Shown: positions 40,413 through 49,637 of the stretch, in pieces | How the letters are laid out: each line of letters opens with the position of its first letter | Position numbering within the stretch: the first letter of the stretch is position 1 | Origin: Desulfatiglandales bacterium | Lineage (GTDB): Bacteria > Desulfobacterota > DSM-4660 > Desulfatiglandales > HGW-15 | NCBI GenBank assembly: GCA_963667015.2 | Contig: CAXXJJ010000004.1 | Location: forward strand, 1,088,001 to 1,152,000 | Reading direction: 5' to 3' | DNA length: 64,000 nucleotides | Translations under genes and position numbers: made by a program | Notes under the pieces: generated by a model | What the model saw: the letters and a program-made list of their open reading frames with translations, nothing else | Databases searched by the model: none | Told to the model about the DNA's origin: nothing

Positions 40413-40829
40413 ATGCGAAAAGTTCTATTTATCAGTAGATTAAGTAAATTTTTCAGAGTTAATTCAGCAATAAACTTTGCCTGCGTTTTTATGATTGCCT
40501 TTGTTATGGGTGGATGTGCAGGAACAAAGAAAGAAACAAATATTATGCAGGCATCATCAGATATGAATAAAACTGTCCTGGCATCGGCGAATGTCGCATC
40601 AGAAAAAAGTGAGATCAGTGACGATCAGACAATAGTATGTCGCAGGATAGCGCCTACAGGTTCACGCCTGAAAAGGAAAGTATGCAAAACAAAGGCACTG
40701 TGGGCATTGGAAGCCGGCAGTGGAAACAAGGCAGCGGAGGATCTGCAAAAGGGTGTTGACCGGAATCGCAGTATTGCCGTCCCCTCTACAGATGCAATGG
40801 GAGGAATGTCGGTAGGTGTTCCACGTTAA
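40413..40829 (+). CDS. Small lipoprotein, CxxxxPTGSRxxxxxC family, copy 2
   Basis: MGGC lipobox; CRRIAPTGSRLKRKVCKT; both copies end VPR. Confidence 0.75.
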   Translation: MRKVLFISRLSKFFRVNSAINFACVFMIAFVMGGCAGTKKETNIMQASSDMNKTVLASANVASEKSEISDDQTIVCRRIAPTGSRLKRKVCKTKALWALEAGSGNKAAEDLQKGVDRNRSIAVPSTDAMGGMSVGVPR

Positions 40830-40931
40830 TCACCCACAGATACTGATGGGTAATATCTTTTTTACAAATCTTTTACAAAATATTGATTTACCATCATTGA
40901 CATGGTGAATGGACTTCTTTATGATTATTTA

Positions 40932-41001
40932 TGCTTAAAGCTTAGGTTAGTTTAGTCTCCAGAAAGGTCGAGAGGTCCCTTCTCGGCCTTTCACCTTTTT
41001 T
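40932..41001 (+). ncRNA. Candidate ~70-nt small RNA
   Basis: TTGACA(40897)-17-TATGAT(40920) promoter, no substantial ORF, terminator GAAAGGTCGAGA...TCTCGGCCTTTC-ACC-T6. Confidence 0.5.
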
Positions 41002-41113
41002 AGTTTTAAAATTCCGGATATCCTATATATATTTTATCGAGATAATAATCAGAATCGGACCCATGCCATGTGACATCATGTGGGTGTAAGAATTTTATCA
41101 GCATGCAATGGAA

Positions 41114-41764
41114 TTAAACAGAGGCACTATCAATATTTTTAAGATAACCTTCTACTATTTTAGCAGGATCTATCCCTAAAAATTGTGCATATATTTTCAG
41201 GAAATTTTTTATATAACTGCCTGAAGGCAGTTTTTCAATATCACCCTCTTCCATTGACTGCAATACTGAAACACTGATCCTTGTAACTTCAAATACATCC
41301 TGCAGTTCAATACCCATTGCCTCACGCAATGTTCTCAGGTCATTGCCGGTTACCAGTTCTTTTGCAAGGATACTATCGGTGATAGTTTTGACTTCTACGT
41401 TTTTTACCTTTTCCTCAATCTTTCTACGAAATATGCCGGAGCCGGCTGAACTGCGGCCCCCAAAAATTGATACGAGCTTCTGACTGTCCGGTTTTAAAAG
41501 ATCAGATTCATTAATCTGGCCGGATTCAACAAGAATACGATCATATTCGGATCTTGCGTTTTTATCTATCAGAGTTGTAAATGCACACTCAATATTCTGA
41601 AGGATCTCTCTTCTTTCTTCATCCGAAAACAGAGAATAGGTGACTGATGAGTCTTCACTATATATTGAAAGCGTATCCTTATATGCCTGACGGATTTCAA
41701 AATCAGACGCACTGACTTGAACTTTCAGCATTTCGTAATAGTTTAATTCTTCAAAGCTCTTCAT
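41114..41764 (-). CDS. Degenerate J-domain plus XRE/RodZ-type HTH protein
   Basis: LNYYEMLKV..AS..EIRQAY...RSEYD without HPD; GNDLRTLREAMGI...YIKNFLKIYAQFLG. Confidence 0.8.
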   Translation of the reverse strand: MKSFEELNYYEMLKVQVSASDFEIRQAYKDTLSIYSEDSSVTYSLFSDEERREILQNIECAFTTLIDKNARSEYDRILVESGQINESDLLKPDSQKLVSIFGGRSSAGSGIFRRKIEEKVKNVEVKTITDSILAKELVTGNDLRTLREAMGIELQDVFEVTRISVSVLQSMEEGDIEKLPSGSYIKNFLKIYAQFLGIDPAKIVEGYLKNIDSASV

Positions 41765-42693
41765 AGAATTTTCCTGGATTCTAAATCAGGTTCAGATATT
41801 TTTTTAGTTAAACTGCGGGCAATGTTACGCAGGTCGGTGGCCGTTGATGTGTAGGGATATTTTTTCATGAAGATATTTTTGGAAAGGATCGAGTCATAAA
41901 CCTTTTCATCAAAATCTATATTTCCCAAAAATCTGAAACTTGCAGGGAAGTGTGTATTATAGACCCTTTCAATCTTTTCGCCAAGTTTAGGATCCACCTG
42001 TTTGCTGTATTCATTCATGATAAAGTAAAATTGAAAATTTTTAAGAATAGTCTTTAGCTGCTCTCCCTTTCGAGGATCATAACCTACTGCAAATTCCATC
42101 AGCTCCTGCAGTTTAATATGCTTATCGTCAGAAACATGCGAAAGAGATTTTATAATTTCCTGGAAGGTACTATGTTTAAGAACCTGTTTCACCTTTCGAT
42201 AAAAAATCGTTTTTATAAAGAGAAATGTATTCTCTATTGAAGTCGGCTGTGGTGTGCATACAAATATGCCTTCATTTGATGAGAGGAAAAAATCAAGTGT
42301 ATTAAAATTTGTTCCTGCACCAAGATCCAGCAGTATATAATCATAATCGAGATTTTTAATTGCCCTGATCAATTTCAGTTTCTGGGCATGGGGCATGTTT
42401 GCTGATTCAAGAGAAGTACCTTTGGAATTGATAATATAAAGATTTTCAATAGTTGTCGGTGCTGCAACCTGATCAAGCTCTTTTACACTTTTATTGATGA
42501 AATCACTTAACCCTGCTTTTAAAACCTCTGATCCAAAAAAGGTATGAAGGTTTGGACCACCAAGATCCAGATCGATTAAAAGTACTTTATTTCCCTGATT
42601 AGCAAGCAGAACACCCAGGTTTGCTGAAACAAAACTCTTCCCTACGCCACCTTTTCCACCACCTATGGGATAAATTATCGCTTTCCTGTTCAT
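41761..42693 (-). CDS. MinD/FlhG/ParA-family P-loop ATPase
   Basis: GGKGGVGKS, IDLDLGGPNLHT, LDLGAGT, PTSIEN. Confidence 0.88.
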   Translation of the reverse strand: MNRKAIIYPIGGGKGGVGKSFVSANLGVLLANQGNKVLLIDLDLGGPNLHTFFGSEVLKAGLSDFINKSVKELDQVAAPTTIENLYIINSKGTSLESANMPHAQKLKLIRAIKNLDYDYILLDLGAGTNFNTLDFFLSSNEGIFVCTPQPTSIENTFLFIKTIFYRKVKQVLKHSTFQEIIKSLSHVSDDKHIKLQELMEFAVGYDPRKGEQLKTILKNFQFYFIMNEYSKQVDPKLGEKIERVYNTHFPASFRFLGNIDFDEKVYDSILSKNIFMKKYPYTSTATDLRNIARSLTKKISEPDLESRKIL

Positions 42694-43034
42694 CTATACC
42701 TGTAGAATGAATTTAATATGAGCAATAGAGCTTTAGATTAAATCAGCCCGGTTTTAAGCATGTTACAGCGGCATAAATAATGCCGATGAGCGTTTACAGG
42801 TTATTTGCTTTTTCATAAAATAAATTGTCTGAAATTCCGATATGATATAACAAATCTATAACATAAGTGAAAGAAAGTTTTTCCTGCATGATAAAAAATC
42901 TATATTTACCATAAACAATGCCATGAATATGACACGGTTTAGAGATATTGCATATGCTATTAAAATAGATTAAACATATGCTTTAAGACATCTCTTTTTC
43001 GTGCTAATCTGTGTAATAATAAAGGAGTAATAAA

Positions 43035-43625
43035 ATGAAAAAAACATATCTATTATTGATAGCATTTACAATCCTTCTAATTGCAAATTCTTCATTTTCT
43101 TCTGCCGATGAAGAAGAAAAATATTCAAACACTATAAATATTTTTAAAGAATCAGATGCTGTTCAGAAATTCTTTAATAACAGTTACGGATATGCAGTAT
43201 TTCCAACTATCGGGAAGGCCGGCTGGATAATTGGCGGGTCATATGGCAAGGGGAAGGTTTATGTGAATGGAAAAGTTACCGGGGGAGTATCAGTAATAGA
43301 GGGTTCGATCGGTTTCCAGCTTGGAGGAAAGGCGTTTAGTGAGCTTATCTTCTTTGAAGATAAACGTGCCTATGATGAGTTTACAAGCGGAGGATTTGAA
43401 TTTGATGCTACCGCCCAGGCAATCGCTATTACTGCAGGCGCCGAAGCCAAGGCGGGAACAGCAGGCAGCACTGCCGGAGCCAGTGCTGGCCCCAAAACAG
43501 GAGTTCAGGCAGAAACCGGATATCATAAAGGTATGGTAACCTTTGTGCATAGCAAAGGCGGATTGATGTATGAAATTTCAATAAGCGGTCAGAAATTTAA
43601 ATTTAAACCATGGATAACCCGTTAG
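43035..43625 (+). CDS. YSC84/SYLF lipid-binding domain protein
   Basis: Signal peptide; AVFPTIGKAGWIIGG..GKG, SIGFQLGG, KGGLMYEISISGQKF. Confidence 0.85.
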   Translation: MKKTYLLLIAFTILLIANSSFSSADEEEKYSNTINIFKESDAVQKFFNNSYGYAVFPTIGKAGWIIGGSYGKGKVYVNGKVTGGVSVIEGSIGFQLGGKAFSELIFFEDKRAYDEFTSGGFEFDATAQAIAITAGAEAKAGTAGSTAGASAGPKTGVQAETGYHKGMVTFVHSKGGLMYEISISGQKFKFKPWITR

Positions 43626-43840
43626 AACTGAATAAAGCATCGCATGATAATAAGATCTATCCATAATGTTATTTTTATGGATGGATCTTCCACATCAAAT
43701 AATACGGGTTTACCCGCATGGGTGGTTTCTTTAACATACTCCCTTAATGTCCCGAAAATCCGGTTACAGTTCGAACACTTCTTGGGGAATTGCGTTTCTA
43801 TATAATCTCGTATGATTTGGACTACCTCTACTTCATTCAT
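43622..43840 (-). pseudogene. Probable truncated Cys-motif hypothetical protein
   Basis: FPKKCSNCNRIF then drifts into non-protein-like tail overlapping the convergent stop. Confidence 0.4.
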
Positions 43841-44201
43841 AATATACCCGTTTTGTTATTGAGCATAAACAAAGTCCTGACAGATAAAAATCATGTTGTT
43901 AAACGATTGGAATAATCAAGACAGCAGTCCTCATATTTTATCCAAATAACCTTATTATAACAATACATGCGGTTGACAGAAAATTTTATAATAAAACTTA
44001 AAGGTATAGATATTTTTAAGGTTCTGGATATTTCGAACCACTCTTTTCCAATATGTTTTACCGGTAGATTTTTCCTAGTGCCAAATCACTGGCACTGAGA
44101 TTTTAAATGAAAATTACAATATCTTACATCAGCACTCCCAATAAATACCCTATATTAAATCAATATTTTCTATATGTTACAAACATTTTTAAATCATTGA
44201 T

Positions 44202-44254
44202 TAAACTAAGCGCCGGTTGTGCCGATATATAAGAATACGGGGTATGATTTTTGC
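44202..44254 (+). promoter_or_regulatory. sigma28 (FliA) promoter with adjacent possible sigma54 site
   Basis: TAAA(44202)-N15-GCCGATAT(44221); GG(44241)-N10-GC within GGTATGATTTTTGCA. Confidence 0.65.
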
Positions 44255-44384
44255 ATCAAGATGGAAATAAATAATTACTCGACCAAAATCAGCAGGTATT
44301 GATACAAGTTTATTATTAAATCTTTATCCGTCTCTGTCGGATTTAAAAATGTGAATAATATTCAATTTTAAACATGTTCCGTAT

Positions 44385-45173
44385 TTGATTAAAACATCCT
44401 TTAAAGGAAAAAGTATGTCCAATTCATTACTCACTATCCCCCTGCTACTTTTATTCAGTCTGACAGGGTATACAGTCATTAAGCGATTAAAATGCAGAGT
44501 TCTGTGCATCACGCCGCTGCTCATTGCTGTACTGATGACAGGGTGCGCCAAAACGCCTTTTCCAACGAGGTATACGCTGACAAAACAAAAGCAGATGCAG
44601 GCAGCTCATCACTGGCAGATTCTCGCGAAGGATATTGCGCAGCAGGTTAAACTTGGATTGATCGGCAAAAAGCTGAATAATCAAACCCCGATATTTATAC
44701 GTTCCAATTATGAAACACCTTTTGGACATATCTTCCACAGCCTGATAACTTCCGAATTATTGGAAATGAACATCCCGGTATCGAAAGGGGAATCGGGTGC
44801 AATTATTATGGAAGTAGAGGCAAGGGTATTGGGTCACAGTGGCAGGCAGTTCCATCAGTCTCCCTATAAATGGACTGCTCTTGCGGCAGGAGTAAACGTT
44901 CTTCGCGCAGTAATAGATACTTCATATGAAACTTTGCTATTAATGGCAATTCCGGTGGGTGTTGCAGCTGACTCAGGATTTATCGGCACGGCAGATAATT
45001 CACCGTCAAATGAAGTTATTATCTCTACATCGCTTGTCCATAACGAAAATATAGTTTTCAATAATGTCGATATATATTACATAAACGATCCTGATTGGTG
45101 GCACTATGATAAAAACCCTTACAAAAAACATTCCGGCGCCGGTACAAAAACATACAAGACTGTTACAGAATAA
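44385..45173 (+). CDS. Hypothetical lipoprotein (start uncertain)
   Basis: MTGC lipobox; QKQMQAAHHWQILAKD; upstream of FlgO-like gene. Confidence 0.7.
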   Translation: MIKTSFKGKSMSNSLLTIPLLLLFSLTGYTVIKRLKCRVLCITPLLIAVLMTGCAKTPFPTRYTLTKQKQMQAAHHWQILAKDIAQQVKLGLIGKKLNNQTPIFIRSNYETPFGHIFHSLITSELLEMNIPVSKGESGAIIMEVEARVLGHSGRQFHQSPYKWTALAAGVNVLRAVIDTSYETLLLMAIPVGVAADSGFIGTADNSPSNEVIISTSLVHNENIVFNNVDIYYINDPDWWHYDKNPYKKHSGAGTKTYKTVTE

Positions 45174-45756
45174 CTGTAAAACAAGGCTAAAAGGGAGTTT
45201 ATGGACTCTACCCCTGTGTCTTTGTTTCCTGTTATTACTGTCAGGCTGTTCAAAATTCTTTCCTGGAAATACCCGGAAAGCATGGTTACCTTCTGAATCC
45301 GGCATGGTCGTACAGAGAGATATTCTACAGTCAAGCTATATTGCGGCTGACAGGATTGTAGACATCCTGAAACACCGCGATTATGATAAAGACTCGGTTA
45401 TCCTGGCGGCAACATTTGTTGACATCAATGATCTATCAAAGTCAAGCCCCTTCGGCCGTATAATAAGCGAACATATATCCAGCCGGTTATCACAGCATGA
45501 ATATCAGGTAAAGGAGCTGAAACTTCGCCAGAATTCCATCTTCATTAAAAAAGGTGAAGGCGAGTTTATACTATCAAGGGAGATTGCGGATATCAGCGAT
45601 GAAAATGATGCTGATGCAATACTTGCAGGTACATATGCGGTATCCAAATACTCTGTCTTTGTCTCTGTCCGTGTAATACGGGCCGAAGACAGTATTTTGA
45701 TTGCCAGTTACGATTTTCAGATAGAACTTAACGGTAATGTTAAATCATTAATTTGA
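45106..45756 (+). CDS. FlgO-family outer-membrane lipoprotein (start uncertain)
   Basis: LSGC lipobox; ATFVDINDLSKSSPFGRIISE, GEFILSRE, ILAGTY. Confidence 0.8.
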   Translation: MIKTLTKNIPAPVQKHTRLLQNNCKTRLKGSLWTLPLCLCFLLLLSGCSKFFPGNTRKAWLPSESGMVVQRDILQSSYIAADRIVDILKHRDYDKDSVILAATFVDINDLSKSSPFGRIISEHISSRLSQHEYQVKELKLRQNSIFIKKGEGEFILSREIADISDENDADAILAGTYAVSKYSVFVSVRVIRAEDSILIASYDFQIELNGNVKSLI

Positions 45757-46113
45757 TATCAGGATTAAGTTAAGCTGCTGGCCTGAATCCTCCAAGGAGA
45801 AATTAAGGCATAAATGCGTAACTTTTTTAATATTATTTATTCAGGCATCTGTCTCCTGTCCCTGACAATATTTTCAAGATCACCCTTACTTATTTCTTTT
45901 TTTACCGGTGAGTAAATAAGACTCTGATCCTCAAGAGCTTATTGATCTGAAGCATGCTGATGTCTTTTCAGGTTCTCCGACAATACAACTCTTATTATTT
46001 ATTCTTGTCATACCTCCAGCAAGTTGTTATATTCTTTAAACCTTTTCAGCAATAATATTAATCGATTACGATACATCATTCCCCGCAGGTCATATCATAC
46101 AGGGAGACCTCCA

Positions 46114-47607
46114 ATGAACAAAGAATCAGAATATTTTAATACTGACATAGTGATAGCCGGAGGAGGCTTAAGCGGACTTTCCGCAGCACTTACTGCTGTT
46201 GAAAACGGGTTGAATGCATTAGTTTTGGAAAAGATGCATTTTCCCGGAGGGGCAGGTCTTTTTCCTGAAGGATCACTGGGGATTGGTTCCAGGTTCCAGA
46301 AGAAAATCGGGATAGAGATAACCGCCGGCCAGGTTTTTGCCAGGGTAATGGAGTTTCATCACTGGCGCTGTAATGCATCGGTAATAAGGGTCCTCCTTAA
46401 TGAATCAGGCAATACTATTGACTGGCTGATGGATCACGGAGTAAAGGTTGAAGGCATCAAGACATTATTCCCACCTGAAAAAAGCATGAATGTATGGCAT
46501 ATCTTTAAGGGTGGAGGAGCTAAAGTTGTTAAGATTCTTACTGACAAAATAAAAAAGAAAGGCGGCCTGATCCTTACAGAGACACCTGCAAGGGAATTAC
46601 TATTTAATGATCAGGGGAATGTAGTTGGGATAACAGCGGTTAACTCTAAGGGCAATAAAATAACCATAGACGCAAAGGCTGTAATCCTGGCAACCGGCGG
46701 TTTTGCGAGTAACAGGGATATGCTCAGAAAATATGTACCTGATATCAGCACACCGGGAATGGCAAGACTTATGTACAGAGGCCCGGATCCTGACGGCCGA
46801 ACAGGGGACGGCATTAACATGGCTCTGAGCGCAAATGCCGCACTTTCAGGTATGGGCACACTTGCTGGAAACAGCCCTTACCTGGATAACGAACCGGCCA
46901 TAAGACAATTCAGGGGACCTGACTATCTCAAGCAGACCCGTTGTGCATTGAGTCAGCCTTTTTTATGGATTAACCGGCAGGGAGACCGTTTCTACAATGA
47001 GTCATTAGGTTCTGTTTTCAGTGACGTCTATAACGCAATGACATCAAACGGCGGTCTGATGTGGTCTGTTTTTGATAAAAACATGAAAAAATCCATGATT
47101 GAAAACGGTCCTGTTATCCCCTTTAATGCCATTGTTGTTCCTGGAGATAAGATGACCGCCCTGGATGAAGGTATTGAAAAGGGCATTAAATCAGGCTTTG
47201 CATTCAAGGCAGACACAATTGAGAAACTTGCAAAAAAGATTCATATCAGGCCTGAAAAACTTAGGGCAACAATTGAAAAGATTAATAATTATGCTGATCA
47301 GAAAAAAGATCCCGATTTCAGCAGAAAACCGGAACACCTTATCAGGTTCGATACTGAGAAAGGTCCATACTACGCCCTGAAGGGGCTCCGTGCCTTTTTC
47401 CTGACACTGGGAGGAGTAAAAATCAATACAAATATGCAGGCCCTTGATATTTCTGAAAACCCTATCCCTGATCTTTATATAACAGGACAGGATATGGGCG
47501 GGCTTTACGACAGCACATATGACCTTCTTGCAGAGGGTTCTGCAAGCAGCTTTGCACTCAGTTCCGGGCGTATAGCGGCAAGGAAAATAACAGAGAAATA
47601 TAGATGA
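46114..47607 (+). CDS. FAD-dependent oxidoreductase (fumarate reductase/flavocytochrome flavoprotein-like)
   Basis: DIVIAGGGLSGLSAA, VILATGGF, TGDGINMA, TLGGVKIN, LYITGQD; RBS GGGAG before 46114. Confidence 0.88.
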   Translation: MNKESEYFNTDIVIAGGGLSGLSAALTAVENGLNALVLEKMHFPGGAGLFPEGSLGIGSRFQKKIGIEITAGQVFARVMEFHHWRCNASVIRVLLNESGNTIDWLMDHGVKVEGIKTLFPPEKSMNVWHIFKGGGAKVVKILTDKIKKKGGLILTETPARELLFNDQGNVVGITAVNSKGNKITIDAKAVILATGGFASNRDMLRKYVPDISTPGMARLMYRGPDPDGRTGDGINMALSANAALSGMGTLAGNSPYLDNEPAIRQFRGPDYLKQTRCALSQPFLWINRQGDRFYNESLGSVFSDVYNAMTSNGGLMWSVFDKNMKKSMIENGPVIPFNAIVVPGDKMTALDEGIEKGIKSGFAFKADTIEKLAKKIHIRPEKLRATIEKINNYADQKKDPDFSRKPEHLIRFDTEKGPYYALKGLRAFFLTLGGVKINTNMQALDISENPIPDLYITGQDMGGLYDSTYDLLAEGSASSFALSSGRIAARKITEKYR

Positions 47608-47741
47608 ATAACAACATCCGGAAGGGCTGCGGCTACTAATGCATGACCGTTACAAAAAGAAAAACCACATAGAAGACATAAAAAAAGGCCATGAGTTTAT
47701 CATAGCCTTTAATTGCATCGTTTATGGAATAATCCCGGTCT

Positions 47742-48668
47742 CTATTTTATTTTGGGAATCTCAACTTTATGGTAATAGTTATCATCCTGTAAAATATTAA
47801 TTGTATTTTTATGTTTTGTAACTGCCCGTCTTAATATTGCTTCCAGCCCACCCACAGAATAAATATTCAGCTTTCCGGCGCCTTCATAAAAAGCTTTTCT
47901 TATTGCTTCTCCTGCTTTCAGCCCCCCCTTCTCGGCAGCAGAACCAGGTATGATTTCTGAGATGATAATCCCCTTTGATGTACGCTCTACATTAAATCCA
48001 TAAAGGCTAAAGACATCGAAGTCTTTACTGTATCCTTTAATTGCTTCTTCGCGTAATTCCTCGAGTACTTCTTCACGCAGCTCTTCACGTAATGCCTCAC
48101 GCATATTTTCGTTGACTTCTTCCGAAACGGTTTCGGCAGGGACTGTCCGGGCTGTTTCCTTTAAAGGAGCCTTGTCTGTTACCGGTTTATTAATTTTATC
48201 TGCGGATGAATAGAGTTCTGCGCCTGTAAGTTTCCCTTCGCTGAGCTGAAATCTCCTGGCAAGATCAGAATATTCAATAAACTCTTTTGTCATGATATCA
48301 GGCTGATTGTATGCAGACAGGATTTTTTGAAAATCCGCACCGATCTCGATTCCAGTAGCAAACATCCCCTTAAAAGAAGATTGTATATTTATTTTTTCGA
48401 CTTTATTACCATTATTCATGATCTCAAGTGAAAGCCCGAGTTTGTCATATGACATAACAACCGTTCCTGCATCACTGGCAAATATTTTTTCAGGCGGTCC
48501 GAGCAGTTGGATTGCATCTTTTAATGTCATACCTGCTTTGAGATTTTCGTCAATTATTATTGGGGTATTACCTGCAGGCATTGCAATTTCAAAGGAAATA
48601 AGATCGAACAGAATAACTGCAGAAATAATTAACAGGAAATGAACAATTTTATTTTTTAAAATAGCCAT
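47742..48668 (-). CDS. Exported hypothetical protein with C-terminal PDZ-like domain
   Basis: Signal-like N-terminus; GMTLKDAIQLLGPP; IIISEIIPGSAAEKGGLKAGE. Confidence 0.65.
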   Translation of the reverse strand: MAILKNKIVHFLLIISAVILFDLISFEIAMPAGNTPIIIDENLKAGMTLKDAIQLLGPPEKIFASDAGTVVMSYDKLGLSLEIMNNGNKVEKINIQSSFKGMFATGIEIGADFQKILSAYNQPDIMTKEFIEYSDLARRFQLSEGKLTGAELYSSADKINKPVTDKAPLKETARTVPAETVSEEVNENMREALREELREEVLEELREEAIKGYSKDFDVFSLYGFNVERTSKGIIISEIIPGSAAEKGGLKAGEAIRKAFYEGAGKLNIYSVGGLEAILRRAVTKHKNTINILQDDNYYHKVEIPKIK

Positions 48669-48995
48669 AAATTCTCCCTCTTCAAAATAAACAGTATATG
48701 CAAAATATCCGCATGTTAAAAATAACACGGATTTTTTTGATAATATCCAAATTCATGCTGAGCATGCAGTATATATACTTTTCCCCTGTAAAAAACAACC
48801 CGATAATACCGGGGAAAAATGAGTTGGAGATATATAAATTACACTCAACCCGGTTATTCAATTACATCCATGGGTTATCTTGACCATCAGATAGAGAATA
48901 GGTTAAAAATGCCTGGATCAATAACATGAATCAAAATAACATAAAATGAAATGAAAATAGTGCCGCATTTATGATTCTACTTTAAAAGGATATAA

Positions 48996-49574
48996 ATGAG
49001 TCAAAAACTAAATGCACAGAATAGCAAGGCTCAATTAGGATGCAGTTTTTTTATTCTAATATTGATATCTTTCTGTTCATGTACGACTTCACATTATAAC
49101 TTTAAAGAGCCGGTTGGAAATAATACCAGGGATTTTTCCGGAGACATCAGCAAAAAAATAAACCTTCTTCAAAATGATCTGGCTGCACTGGGTGATGAAA
49201 CAGATTATTCGGAAGCAAAGCAGCTTGCACAAATAAGCATTAACTATTCTCTGTTTCTGGCTGATGAATACAGGCTTGTCCGGCCGCCATATTTGCACAA
49301 TATGCTGGTACGCATTGGAATAAAGGATCGAGGCTTATGTTACCACTGGGCCGAGGACCTTTTAGAGCGGTTGACCTCGCTGGAGTTAAAGAGCTTTATT
49401 CTGCACAGGGGTGTTGCCTACAAAGGCAGTGATCTGAGGGAACATAACAGTGTTGTAGTAACTGCCAGGGGACAGGATTTCAATGAAGGCATTGTACTGG
49501 ATCCATGGAGGGATTCAGGTGATTTATACTGGACACGGGTTAAGATTGACCGCTATCCGTGGGAAGAAAGGTAG
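48996..49574 (+). CDS. Hypothetical lipoprotein with possible Cys-His-Asp triad
   Basis: FCSC lipobox; RGLCYHWAED, EHNSVV, LDPWR. Confidence 0.7.
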   Translation: MSQKLNAQNSKAQLGCSFFILILISFCSCTTSHYNFKEPVGNNTRDFSGDISKKINLLQNDLAALGDETDYSEAKQLAQISINYSLFLADEYRLVRPPYLHNMLVRIGIKDRGLCYHWAEDLLERLTSLELKSFILHRGVAYKGSDLREHNSVVVTARGQDFNEGIVLDPWRDSGDLYWTRVKIDRYPWEER

Positions 49575-49582
49575 CTTTATAG

Positions 49583-49607
49583 AGGCGAAAAGTTTTTCGC
49601 CCCTGCA
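49583..49607 (-). repeat. REP palindrome, same family as 2140-2164
   Basis: AGGCGAAAAGTTTTTCGCCCCTGCA. Confidence 0.65.
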
Positions 49608-49637
49608 ATTTATAGCATATCAGGCCTTCTGTTATAA

